DNA of 64,000 nt, from assembly GCA_038231435.1 (NCBI GenBank), contig JBBRLJ010000001.1, positions 160,001 through 224,000 on the forward strand, read 5' to 3'. Shown here piece after piece: positions 9,174-18,281 of the stretch. The translations under genes were made by a program, and so were the position numbers. The notes under the pieces were generated by a model that saw only the letters and a list, made by a program, of their open reading frames with translations, was not told the origin of the DNA and ran no database searches. Numbering within the stretch: position 1 is the first letter of the stretch; each line of letters opens with the position of its first letter. The stretch comes from Planctomycetota bacterium (lineage in GTDB: Bacteria; Planctomycetota; UBA11346).

Positions 9174-9812
9174 ATGTTCGAGCCCGCCGTCACCCTGAGC
9201 GACTACGTCATCGCAGCCGAATGCGCGTGGTGCGCGTGGTGCTGCGAGCGCTGGCCCGGACGGTCGCGGCCGTGGACGACGCTGTTCTATGTATCGCTGA
9301 TCGTCGCTGGCGTGGTCGGCGGCACCTCGCACGGCTTCTATCCCACGGACGGCGAGCGCGTGCACGAAGCGTTGTGGACGGCGACCCTGCTGTCGATCGG
9401 CGTGACCGCGCTGGCGATGTGGGGGATCTGTGCGAGCGGCCTGAAGCGCCAGAGCTTCCGCTGGGTGGTCGGCACCGCGACCGCGCTGCTGGTGGCGTAC
9501 GCCATGGCGGTGCTGATCGGTGCGCGCGAGTTCAGGGTGGCGATCGCCTTCTACCTGCCGCCGGCAGCGGCGATGCTCGGGCGCTTCGCGTGGCTGTGGT
9601 GGCGCAGGCGCGACCGCCGCTTCGGCGCCGGCACCGCCGGCGTGGCCCTGACCTTCGTGGCGGCGGCGATCCAGGCCCTGCGCCTGGACCCGCATCCGTT
9701 GTTCGATCACAACGCGCTCTACCACGCGGTCCAGGCGCTGGCGCTGCTGGCGATCCTGCCGGCGGCGAAGGCGTTGGCGGTGGGCACAGAGAGGCCCGCA
9801 GCAAGAGTCTAG
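9174..9812 (+). CDS. Integral membrane protein (DUF6962-like)
   Basis: M.EP.VTLSDY N-terminus, GG.SHGF, several TM helices, C-terminal FDHNALYH.VQ. Confidence 0.7.
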   Translation: MFEPAVTLSDYVIAAECAWCAWCCERWPGRSRPWTTLFYVSLIVAGVVGGTSHGFYPTDGERVHEALWTATLLSIGVTALAMWGICASGLKRQSFRWVVGTATALLVAYAMAVLIGAREFRVAIAFYLPPAAAMLGRFAWLWWRRRDRRFGAGTAGVALTFVAAAIQALRLDPHPLFDHNALYHAVQALALLAILPAAKALAVGTERPAARV

Positions 9813-9932
9813 GAGATCGAGACGACAGGATGGAAGCGGGGCAGCAGCGATCAGAACCGATTGCAACCGTTGCACATCACCGCGTCCTTCCTGATGCCTG
9901 TTCCAACCGAATGTCCCGGCGAACCTCCCAGC

Positions 9933-9958
9933 GAACCTCCCGACGTCTGCTCCGTCTA
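9933..9958 (+). promoter_or_regulatory. Candidate ECF-sigma promoter (GAACCT ... CGTCTA; AAC-N16-CGT) for the RiPP operon
   Basis: AAC at 9934-9936 and CGT at 9953-9955, about 30 bp upstream of precursor ATG 9985 (GGAG RBS). Confidence 0.4.
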
Positions 9959-9984
9959 TCAGGTATCCTCCCCTGGAGCCTGCC

Positions 9985-10242
9985 ATGAAGATCCCCGACC
10001 ACGTCCTCGACCTGATGCTGATCGGCGCCATCGGCGCCGTCTGCTTCATCCCGCATGGGACCAAGGCCGCGGTCGCCGCGATGCCGACCACGAAGGCTCC
10101 CATCGCCAGCGTGGTTCCAGACGTCCCGCTCCACACGGATCCGGTGAACGCTCCGGGTTGCGCCATGCCCCGCGCCGATGCGCCCACGGTGGGCCGGCCG
10201 ATCGTCGCCCACGATCCCTGTCCCGGCTGCGGACGGGGCTGA
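9985..10242 (+). CDS. RiPP precursor peptide 1, chryseobasin-like (C-terminal DPCPGCGRG)
   Basis: 85 aa with hydrophobic leader MKIPDHVLDLMLIGAIGAVCFIPHG, a Pro/Ala-rich linker and a terminal CPxCGxG; lies just upstream of a DUF692 gene. Confidence 0.85.
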   Translation: MKIPDHVLDLMLIGAIGAVCFIPHGTKAAVAAMPTTKAPIASVVPDVPLHTDPVNAPGCAMPRADAPTVGRPIVAHDPCPGCGRG

Positions 10243-10244
10243 CC

Positions 10245-10499
10245 ATGAAGATCCCCGACCACGTCATCGACCTGATGCTGATAGGCGCCATCGGCGCCAT
10301 CTGCTTCATCCCGCATGGCGGGAAGCCGGCCCCCTCCGCGCTCTCGGCACGCTCAGCGGTGGAGACGGCTGGCGCGCCTGCTGGATGCGTGACACCGGTG
10401 CAGCCGCCGTCCGCAACTCCGATCGTCGGCCAACCTGCTCCGCCGGCGCGGCCGATCCGCTCCCGCGGCGACTATTGTCCGGCCTGCGGCATGGGCTGA
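10245..10499 (+). CDS. RiPP precursor peptide 2, chryseobasin-like (C-terminal DYCPACGMG)
   Basis: 84 aa; ATG 2 bp after the precursor 1 stop; near-identical leader; ends in CPACGMG, the ChrA core motif. Confidence 0.88.
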   Translation: MKIPDHVIDLMLIGAIGAICFIPHGGKPAPSALSARSAVETAGAPAGCVTPVQPPSATPIVGQPAPPARPIRSRGDYCPACGMG

Positions 10500-10503
10500 G
10501 CGG

Positions 10504-11427
10504 ATGCCCACGCGGCTGACGCCGGTGCGCGTGGGCCTGTCGTTGATGACGACGGAGGATTTCCGCGCCGCGTCGCTGCCGCTGTTCGCCGATGGCGTGG
10601 TCGATGCGCTGGAGTGGAGTCCAGACATGCTCTGGGCACCATGCGGGGAGCGCCATCCCGAGCCAGCGTGGTGCGCGGCGCTGCTCGATCACTACGAACA
10701 CGCGGGCCGACTGAGCGGACACGGCGTGCATCTGTCCGCCTTCTCTGCCGAGGCTCCCACGCGTCACGAACGCTGGTTCGCCCGCCTGGCAGGCGATCCC
10801 CGCCGCTACCGCCGCTTCTCGGAGCACGTCGGCTTCATGTCCGCTCCCGGCTTCGCCGATGGTGCGCCCCTGCCGGTGCCGCGCTGTGCCGAGACCGTGG
10901 CGCTCGGCGCTGCGGCGCTGACCCGCATCGCGCGTGTGACCGGCGTCCCCGCGGGGCTGGAGAACCTGGCGCTCGCCTTCAGCGAATCCGAGGCCTGGGA
11001 GCAGGGTCCGATGCTCGCGGACATCCTATCTGCGGCGTCGACGGCCTCGACGGCGGAGGCGCCGGCATTCCTGGTGCTCGATCTGCACAACCTGTGGTGC
11101 CAGGCGGTGAACTTCGCCATCGACCCCGAGCGCCTCCTGGCGGCTTTTCCCCTGGAGCGGGTGCGCGAGCTCCACGTCTCGGGCGGCAGCTGGTCGCATC
11201 CGCGAGCCGATCCCCTCGGACGGCGATTCCGTCGCGACACCCATGATGGCGCCGTGCCCGACGAGGTCCTCGCGCTCATCGAGCCGGCGCTGGCGCGCTG
11301 CCCGCTGCTCGAGGACGTATTCCTGGAGCGGCTCGGCGGAACCATGCTGACCGAAGATGAGCGTGGCGGATTCCGCACCGATTTCATGCGCCTGCGCGCG
11401 CTGGTATATGAGGCCGCGCATGCCTGA
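10504..11427 (+). CDS. DUF692 family multinuclear non-heme iron oxidative enzyme (MNIO, ChrH-like)
   Basis: HGVHLS, FSEHVGF, GLENLA, LDLHNLWCQ..NF, VRELHVSGG, RRDTHDGAVP and LERL iron-ligand motifs. Starts 4 bp after precursor 2. Confidence 0.9.
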   Translation: MPTRLTPVRVGLSLMTTEDFRAASLPLFADGVVDALEWSPDMLWAPCGERHPEPAWCAALLDHYEHAGRLSGHGVHLSAFSAEAPTRHERWFARLAGDPRRYRRFSEHVGFMSAPGFADGAPLPVPRCAETVALGAAALTRIARVTGVPAGLENLALAFSESEAWEQGPMLADILSAASTASTAEAPAFLVLDLHNLWCQAVNFAIDPERLLAAFPLERVRELHVSGGSWSHPRADPLGRRFRRDTHDGAVPDEVLALIEPALARCPLLEDVFLERLGGTMLTEDERGGFRTDFMRLRALVYEAAHA

Positions 11428-11692
11428 CCACGACCACCCCGCCATCAACCTTGCCACCTACCAGAGGCGCCTCTTGGAAGCGCTGCACCACGCCGATGTG
11501 GATTCGGACGGATATGCGATCGCGCGCGAGTTGCGCGCCGATCCGCTGCTCGCACCACTGGCGGAACGGATGGGGCGCTGGGAGCCGCGCAGCCTCGAGA
11601 CCGCGGCGGAGCTGGCGCGGCGATGGGGGCGAGTCGATCCGGCGACGACGGCCGAGGCGCCTCATTCCGATGGCACTCGCGATCAGACCTGA
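11420..11692 (+). CDS. Small (90 aa) putative MNIO partner protein
   Basis: ATG overlaps the DUF692 stop by 8 bp; helical, with LATYQRRLLEAL near the N-terminus and ELARRWG near the C-terminus. Confidence 0.65.
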   Translation: MPDHDHPAINLATYQRRLLEALHHADVDSDGYAIARELRADPLLAPLAERMGRWEPRSLETAAELARRWGRVDPATTAEAPHSDGTRDQT

Positions 11693-14600
11693 GCGTCGCG
11701 CCCGGCGCCGTTCGCCAGCGTCAGCCAGCGCTCCGCCTCCGACTCCCATGCGTCCCCGTCTCCCACCGTACCCTCGGCACTGGCAAAGAAGCGCCGGTCG
11801 AGTTCCGCGATGCGCGCACGCAGCTCCTCGCGCTGACGTTCGGCGAGACCCAGGGACGCATCGCCGTCGATGCGCTTGAGCAGGGATAGCACGGTGAAGG
11901 GCGTGAGTTTGCCCGGGCGCGCATGGCGCGGTCCTGATGCCACCACCGGTCTACGGCTTTGGCGCAGCCACCACCACAGGCTCGCCAAACCAACCACCGC
12001 GACGGCCGCGGCCACGACCCGCGACCAACGCTCGCGAGGGATCGCTCCGAGATCGAGCGGCACGTTGGCGATGGCGTCGACGATATCCGCGTCCACATAG
12101 CGCTTGTAGACCGCTTCCGTCCCGGCGATGCGCGCGACTGGGAAGCGGAATTCCGCCGTCGCGTCGCCGGAGCGGCGCTGGTAGTGCGCCTGGAAGCGGC
12201 GCTGGCAGAGGGCCGCGGCGTCCGGCGAGGCCGGGTCGATGGCGGTGACCACCAGCCCCTGGTCGTCGATCTTCACCCGCGTGAAACCAGGCACCTCGAG
12301 ATCGAGCAGGCGGTCGGGCTCGGGAAGGATGCCCTTGCCGTCGGCCTGGATCTCGATCGAGGCCTCGCCCTTCGCGAGTTCGCGCGTGTCCAGGGTCTGG
12401 GTGATCTTGAGGTCGCGACAGGGGCGCGTCGGCGCGTTATGTGCGCGGGCGTCGATGATCGCCACCGCCGATGACACCGGCAGCACCACCTGGCCCTGGC
12501 CGTCAGCGAAATCGAGATCGATCGGCACCGACGGCAGGCGATCGACCGAAGCGTCCTTGGCTTTCATCGCGATGTAGGCGAGTGGCGTCTCGCGCCAGCC
12601 CTCCTTGCCGAATCCGCGCGGGGCGATGTCCGGCTGGCTCCAGGCCAGCGAGATGATCTCGAAGCGCTCGCCGAGCGTGTCGCGCAGGCGCTTCTCGAAA
12701 TCGTTGCGGTAATTCACCTCCTCGCCGTTCTGGGTGTAGACCTGATTCTGCAGATAACGGTTGAAGCCGCCGCTCTCGCGGCCGAGCGCATCGCTGTAGC
12801 GCAGCGCGACACGGATCCCGAAGGCATGCTCGCCGACCGTCGAATCGCCGTCGACGGCGAGTGACAGCCCGATCTCACCAAGCAGATCGTCGTACGACGA
12901 CAGCAGCTGGCGCGCCTTCGCGCCGCTCTTGTGATCCCCGAGCACGCGCAGCGCGTTGCGCAGGTAGCGAGGCTTGAGCTCGGGAGCGATGGAACGCATG
13001 CGCATCTCGATCTCGGCGCCGAACAGCGCCAGGTGCTGGTCGGCGGCCTTCGCCGGCAGCGCCACGATGGCGGCGCGCACCTTCCCCACCTGGTCGACGT
13101 CGGCCTCCTGCTGCCGGGTGAGGTACCCCATGTCGCTCGCACCCAGGGCGGATTGGAACCACTGCACGTAGGCGTCGGCTGAGGGATCCTCGTCTGAAGT
13201 CGCCAGCCCCGCCGCGTACGATGCCGCCGCGCGGGCGAAGGCCGCGAAGGCGCGGTCGCGCAGGCCCGTGTACTCGGCGAGCGGCACCTTCTGCCCGTAG
13301 GCGAATTCGGCCTCGTCGAAGAGGATCGCCCCTTGACCGGATAACAGGCGCCAGTGGTCAGGAGCCTTCACCAGGGCGCTCTCGATCAACTGGTCGGCGA
13401 GCCGGTAGCCACGCCGCACCTCAGCGACGGTCTCGGCGTCGGTGCGCTTGGTGCCCGCCTGCTGCTGGACCTCGGGCTTGCGCCATCGGCCGGCTAGGCT
13501 CGAACGCATCGCCGAGACGATGTTCACCGATGCAACTGGCGGCAGATCTCGCACGTCGCCGAAGACGGCCGTGATGTCCTCGGCGCGGAATACCTCCGCG
13601 GGGCTGTGGCAGGCGGAGAAGGCCTGCACCTGCAGCTCGGGCGGCAACGGAGGCAGCGGCAGTTTGCGGAATTCGCCGAGCAGCTTGGCGAGCTCCGTGA
13701 GGTCGCGCGCCTGCCGCGCGCGCGTCAGCGGGATGGCGCTGCCGGCGTAAAAATAGCTGCGCCCCCCGCCATAGCTGCCATTGGTGCCCATGCCGTAGCG
13801 ATTGCCGCCGCCTCGGCCCTGGGCCCACACCTGCAGCAGATCCTTGGCGAGCTCGAAGGCACGTTGCTGCTCGTCGGGCGCGAGTTTCGCGATCAGCGCG
13901 AGCGCCTGATCGTATTCGCCCGAGCGCCCGACCATGCCGCCGATGATGCTGCGCAACCGTTGCGCCAGGGCGACATCGAGGTTGGCGAGCCATCCCGCCG
14001 ACGGTGCCAGGGTGAGGAGTTCAACCGCTGGGATGGGCGGGTGGTCGTCGTTGCCGTTGCCGCCTTGGTTCGCGTAGCTGTAGGAGTTGGAGCGCATGAT
14101 GCGGCGGCCGCCCCGGCGCATGGTGGAGCGCACGGGAGTCGCGCGCGAGAAACCCTGACCCTGGTCGTATTCGTCGCCCATCTGATTTACGGTAGCCCCG
14201 ATGCTGCCCTCGGCCTCGCGCAGCCAGCCGAGCGCCAGCAGATTGAGCGCCGGTCGCCAGCGCTCGGTATCGAGCGCAGCGGCCGCTAGCAGACCGTTCA
14301 CGACGCGCGCCTGCGTCCCCAGTGCCTGGATGCGCGCCATCACGTCGGGCGATTCGGCGAGCGCCTCGACCTGCGCCGCCACCGCCGCCAGCAGCAGGCG
14401 GCCCTGGGATGGCTTGCCGCCGAAGACCTCCATCAGCCAGGCGTTGCCGACGCCCTCGGGAAGGTTGGCGAGCAGATCGAGGCAGCGCTTGATGCCGGAC
14501 ATGCGCAGCGCCGACTGCTCGGGATCGGCGTCGCTCAGGTGCGCGAGCATCGCCTGGGTGAGATCCCACGCGCTGCGCAGCTGCTCCGGATCCTTCTGCG

Positions 14601-15423
14601 CCAGGCCCACGGCCATGCGGAAGCGCGCGTGCAGGTCGATGGTCGCGAGATCCTGGTTCTTCAGCGCGGGCTCGAGCGGCGGCAGGAAATGGCCGGCCTC
14701 GATGACGTGGTCTGAGGCCAGCAGCAGCGCCGCTGCGCGACCGCGCTTCTCCGGGCTCTGCCCGCCGAAGTGCTCGGTGCCGACTTCGAGCTGGGCGACC
14801 AGGCTGCCGCTCGCGCTCACCAGCGTGAGCGCGTTGCGCAGCAGATTGCCAAGCACCTGCAGCCGCTGGTCGGTGATCTCGCCAGGAGCGCATTCGCCCA
14901 AGGCGATGACGTCGGCGGGAAGCAGGACGGCGTTCTGGCACAGCTCGCCGAGCATGTGGTCGTAGACCTTGCCCTGGTCGTCGGCCGGCAGCGACGCGAT
15001 CACCTCGTGGACCCGGTCCCAGGCGCCCGCCTGCACAGTGATGACGAAGCGCTCGACGCGATCCTGGAGCGGATCCTTCGCGGGCTTGCGCGCGACACCG
15101 TCGGATGCCATCGCCACCAGCGCCATCGCCGGCATGCGCGGCAGCTTGACCTGCGTCAGCATCTGCAATAGCTGCTTCGCGGCGAGTTCGGCGGGCGTCG
15201 GCGGGGTCTGCGCCGGGGCGGTGTCGGCCTGCGGAGCATCATCTGATTCCTCCATCGCGGACAGGCTCGCGACCGGCGACGACAGGGCGATGGCGATCAG
15301 GCAGCCCACGCAGGCGTGGAGACGGATGACGCTGGGAATGCGCCCGGGCTTTTTGCCGGTGATGCGTCCGGTGATGCGTCCGGTGATGCTGAACGTGATG
15401 CTGCTCGCGGCGCGCTGGATCAT
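11683..15423 (-). CDS. Large exported alpha-helical protein with C-terminal TM, associated with the MoxR/vWA operon
   Basis: Signal-like CVGCLIAIALSS, about 1240 aa, TM VVAAAVAVVGLASLWWWL near the C-terminus; last gene of the operon. Start placed at ATG 15423. Confidence 0.75.
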   Translation of the reverse strand: MIQRAASSITFSITGRITGRITGKKPGRIPSVIRLHACVGCLIAIALSSPVASLSAMEESDDAPQADTAPAQTPPTPAELAAKQLLQMLTQVKLPRMPAMALVAMASDGVARKPAKDPLQDRVERFVITVQAGAWDRVHEVIASLPADDQGKVYDHMLGELCQNAVLLPADVIALGECAPGEITDQRLQVLGNLLRNALTLVSASGSLVAQLEVGTEHFGGQSPEKRGRAAALLLASDHVIEAGHFLPPLEPALKNQDLATIDLHARFRMAVGLAQKDPEQLRSAWDLTQAMLAHLSDADPEQSALRMSGIKRCLDLLANLPEGVGNAWLMEVFGGKPSQGRLLLAAVAAQVEALAESPDVMARIQALGTQARVVNGLLAAAALDTERWRPALNLLALGWLREAEGSIGATVNQMGDEYDQGQGFSRATPVRSTMRRGGRRIMRSNSYSYANQGGNGNDDHPPIPAVELLTLAPSAGWLANLDVALAQRLRSIIGGMVGRSGEYDQALALIAKLAPDEQQRAFELAKDLLQVWAQGRGGGNRYGMGTNGSYGGGRSYFYAGSAIPLTRARQARDLTELAKLLGEFRKLPLPPLPPELQVQAFSACHSPAEVFRAEDITAVFGDVRDLPPVASVNIVSAMRSSLAGRWRKPEVQQQAGTKRTDAETVAEVRRGYRLADQLIESALVKAPDHWRLLSGQGAILFDEAEFAYGQKVPLAEYTGLRDRAFAAFARAAASYAAGLATSDEDPSADAYVQWFQSALGASDMGYLTRQQEADVDQVGKVRAAIVALPAKAADQHLALFGAEIEMRMRSIAPELKPRYLRNALRVLGDHKSGAKARQLLSSYDDLLGEIGLSLAVDGDSTVGEHAFGIRVALRYSDALGRESGGFNRYLQNQVYTQNGEEVNYRNDFEKRLRDTLGERFEIISLAWSQPDIAPRGFGKEGWRETPLAYIAMKAKDASVDRLPSVPIDLDFADGQGQVVLPVSSAVAIIDARAHNAPTRPCRDLKITQTLDTRELAKGEASIEIQADGKGILPEPDRLLDLEVPGFTRVKIDDQGLVVTAIDPASPDAAALCQRRFQAHYQRRSGDATAEFRFPVARIAGTEAVYKRYVDADIVDAIANVPLDLGAIPRERWSRVVAAAVAVVGLASLWWWLRQSRRPVVASGPRHARPGKLTPFTVLSLLKRIDGDASLGLAERQREELRARIAELDRRFFASAEGTVGDGDAWESEAERWLTLANGAGRDAQV

Positions 15424-15476
15424 GGTCTTCCTGAGGGAGTCGTGGTTGGCGGGGCGGCCGGGTCCGAGGCGGATAG

Positions 15477-16346
15477 TCACGAACCATCCCCGTTGCTGCG
15501 GGCCTGCTGGCCAGCGGCGTTGGTCTGCTGCTTGATCTGCTCGCGAGCATCCTCGTCCTTCTTCTGCTGCTGCTGCGGGTTCGGCTTGTGGCCGTGACTC
15601 TCGCGCTGTTGACGACGGCGCTGGCTGAGGTTCTTGCTGTTGCACTTGCAGTTCGACGGCAAAGGCAGGCCCTGGAGCTCGCTGAGGTCCATGCGCTCGA
15701 GGCGCACGGTCGCTTCCAGATTCCTGCTCGCCGGGTCGGCCAGCGCGCCACCATCCTCGGCCAGCATGCGGAACTGCTGGCGCGCCTGCTCGGCATCGGG
15801 CTTCCATTCGTCGGGGCTCGCCCCCTCGAGGCGCATCAGCCACGCTGCCGCGTAGGACGCCGAGGCGAGTTCATGTCGGGCCTCGCGCGCGATCGCTTGC
15901 CGTGCGGGATCCGCGCTCGTCCCTTGGGACGATGCAGGCGAACCGCCATCCGACGAACTGGAGGACAAGCCGTCGACCAAGCTGTCGAGCTGGACGATGC
16001 CTTCCAGCAGTTCGCCCTGGTGGATGCGCGCGCGCGCCTGGTCGAGGGTGAGCGCGGCCACGGCCGGGGACAGGGCCCGGGGGTTCGCTGGTGCCCCCAC
16101 GGATCCAGCCGTGCTGCCGTCATGATCGGGGGCAGCGTCCGGAGCCTCGGCCTGAGCGAGCGTCGCCAGCGCCTCGCCGGCGGCCGTGGCGGCGGTTGCC
16201 CAATCGCCCTCCGCCGCCGCCGCGTGCGAGCGCTCGCGCTGCGCCGCCGCGCGGTCCATCAACAATTGGCGCTGGCCACCGCCGAGATGCCACGCGAGCA
16301 GCAGGGCGGGAGCGATCAGCCAGAGGAGCAGCAAGCATCTACGCAT
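15477..16346 (-). CDS. Hypothetical exported protein (BatC-like position, Gln-rich tail)
   Basis: N-terminal TM/signal, helical body, CxC then a Q/K-rich tail; overlaps the upstream vWA gene stop. Confidence 0.7.
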   Translation of the reverse strand: MRRCLLLLWLIAPALLLAWHLGGGQRQLLMDRAAAQRERSHAAAAEGDWATAATAAGEALATLAQAEAPDAAPDHDGSTAGSVGAPANPRALSPAVAALTLDQARARIHQGELLEGIVQLDSLVDGLSSSSSDGGSPASSQGTSADPARQAIAREARHELASASYAAAWLMRLEGASPDEWKPDAEQARQQFRMLAEDGGALADPASRNLEATVRLERMDLSELQGLPLPSNCKCNSKNLSQRRRQQRESHGHKPNPQQQQKKDEDAREQIKQQTNAAGQQARSNGDGS

Positions 16347-17355
16347 GGGTGGTCCTCGTGCCCTGGATGAAGCGCGCCGGCGCATCGGCGGCGGAATGGG
16401 GGCGGCTACGCGAGGGCCACGTGCTTCCCCACATGATCAGCGCCAGCGGCAGCACGGCTTCCACCGTAGCGCCCACGCCCAACGCCCACAGCGACCACCA
16501 GGCGAGTCCGGTGCGCAGCGGCTGGGCGGGCGCCACGGCGAATCCCGCGAGCTCGCTGCTGGGCAGATGGCGTGCATTGCCGTCGTGATACCGGCCGTGC
16601 AGCCGCGACGCGAGCTGGCGCAGCGACGCCGCGTCCTGGTGCGAGGCGTGGTCGGCGATCATGGTGCCGCGCGCGCAATCGCCGACGCCGATCACCATGG
16701 TGCTGGTGAACGCCGGCGGCAGGACCGGGGCGGCGGTCGCGGGCAAGGTGTCGCCGTCGCTCACCAGCATGAACGCGGCGGATCCCGGCCGCCAGGTCTT
16801 GGCGATCTCGGCGGCGCAGGCGACGCCATCGTACATGCGCGTCTTGCCGACCTCGAATGCGTATTCGAGCGGCAGATCGGCGAGCACGTTGCCCACCACC
16901 TCGGGATCGATGGTATCGACGACCACCGGCTTGGCGCCGCTATAGAAGGCGATGACGCTCACCAGCAGGTGACCACGATCGAGGCGCTCGAGAGCGGAGC
17001 GCACCAGGTCGCGGGCGCGTTCTCCACGCGTCTGGGCGCCGTCAGCGCCCGCGTCCGTGATGGTCATGCTCGGCGAGACGTCGAGCGCGATCACCAGATG
17101 CCGGGGCTCACCGCCGCGCGCCGCGCTCTCGCGCGGGTCCTCGTTCAGCAGGATCGCCAGGGCCCAGGCGATGGCGGTCGCGGCCACGACGCGGGCCGGC
17201 GCGGCCAGCGCCACCCAGGCGCGCGGACGCGCCGACGCGCCGAACGCCAAGCCGGCGATCCGCCGCACGCGCGCAGCGTGCATCCGCTCGGCGACCAGCG
17301 CGAGCAGGAACGCCGCCACGGCGACCAGGGTCGCGAACGTGAGCGGGCTCACCAT
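16339..17355 (-). CDS. vWA domain protein (BatB-like)
   Basis: MIDAS DVSPSM and VSDGD motifs; N- and C-terminal TM helices. Confidence 0.85.
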   Translation of the reverse strand: MVSPLTFATLVAVAAFLLALVAERMHAARVRRIAGLAFGASARPRAWVALAAPARVVAATAIAWALAILLNEDPRESAARGGEPRHLVIALDVSPSMTITDAGADGAQTRGERARDLVRSALERLDRGHLLVSVIAFYSGAKPVVVDTIDPEVVGNVLADLPLEYAFEVGKTRMYDGVACAAEIAKTWRPGSAAFMLVSDGDTLPATAAPVLPPAFTSTMVIGVGDCARGTMIADHASHQDAASLRQLASRLHGRYHDGNARHLPSSELAGFAVAPAQPLRTGLAWWSLWALGVGATVEAVLPLALIMWGSTWPSRSRPHSAADAPARFIQGTRTTHA

Positions 17356-18281
17356 GGAGTGAACCTCAACCCGAGCATGGTCAGCGAGCGCAGGCCGATG
17401 AGCGCCAGGCCGGCCGCGGCCCACGGCCAGCGATCGTCCACCGGCCGTGGCGACTTCGGCTTGAGCTTGGCTGGGCGCATCGCGTCGATGTGGCGGAAGC
17501 ACTGCTCGAGCCCGATCGGATCGCCCGCAGGGAAGACCTTGCCGCCGGTGGCGTTGGCGATGGTGTAGACCTCGGGCTGCGGCCCGCCGTCGCCGATGTA
17601 GACCATGAACACGATCACCCCCGCGGCTTTGAGGTCGTGCGAGAGATCCTGGGCGGCGGTGCCACCCAGGTCCGAGCTCTGGCCATCCGAGAGCAGGATG
17701 ATCATGCGGTCGCAGCCGTCGTCGCCCTGGGATTTCAAGGTCCGCAGGCAGGCCCTCAGGCCCTTGGCGATCTCGGTGCCGCCGAATTGCTGGGGCAGGT
17801 GGTCCGGGCGCAGCCACGGCGTGGCCTGGCGGATCGCCGCGCCGTCCTGCGTCAACGGCGTCCAGCGCAGCACCTCGTCGCCGAAGATGGTCAGGCCGAA
17901 GGCGTCGCCGGCGCGACGCGCGGTGAAACCGGCGATCGCCGCCATCGCGGCGTCGTAGCGGGATCCCTCGCCGCCGAACGGCGAGGTCATGCTCCCCGAG
18001 ACATCGAGGCAGAGCTCGATGTTGGTCAGGGCGCGTTCCTGCTCTGGCACGCCGAGGCGCTGGGGCTTGGCCAGCAACACGATCGCGAGCGCGAGCAGCA
18101 GCGCCGGCAAGAGATTGGCCGCGCGCACCATGCGTCCCAGCCAGGCGCCGGCCCCGCGCTCGGCTCCGAGTACGTGATCCATCGGCAGCACCACCGGATG
18201 CCCGCGGCGCCGCCACTCCCACGAGGCGAGCAGGATCGGCAGCGCCAGCAGCGACAGCACCCATGCGTGCGCGAACATCAT
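17349..18281 (-). CDS. vWA domain protein (BatA-like)
   Basis: F..AWVL.LL.LP N-terminus, DVSGSM, GDAFGL.IF, GGT.I..G, ILLSDG; ATGA coupling. Confidence 0.88.
   Translation of the reverse strand: MMFAHAWVLSLLALPILLASWEWRRRGHPVVLPMDHVLGAERGAGAWLGRMVRAANLLPALLLALAIVLLAKPQRLGVPEQERALTNIELCLDVSGSMTSPFGGEGSRYDAAMAAIAGFTARRAGDAFGLTIFGDEVLRWTPLTQDGAAIRQATPWLRPDHLPQQFGGTEIAKGLRACLRTLKSQGDDGCDRMIILLSDGQSSDLGGTAAQDLSHDLKAAGVIVFMVYIGDGGPQPEVYTIANATGGKVFPAGDPIGLEQCFRHIDAMRPAKLKPKSPRPVDDRWPWAAAGLALIGLRSLTMLGLRFTPW

Noticed and set aside
9861..10499. 212-aa ORF as a single protein
   Set aside because: The upstream part overlaps precursor 1 out of frame; the real start is ATG 10245, as shown by the duplicated leader.
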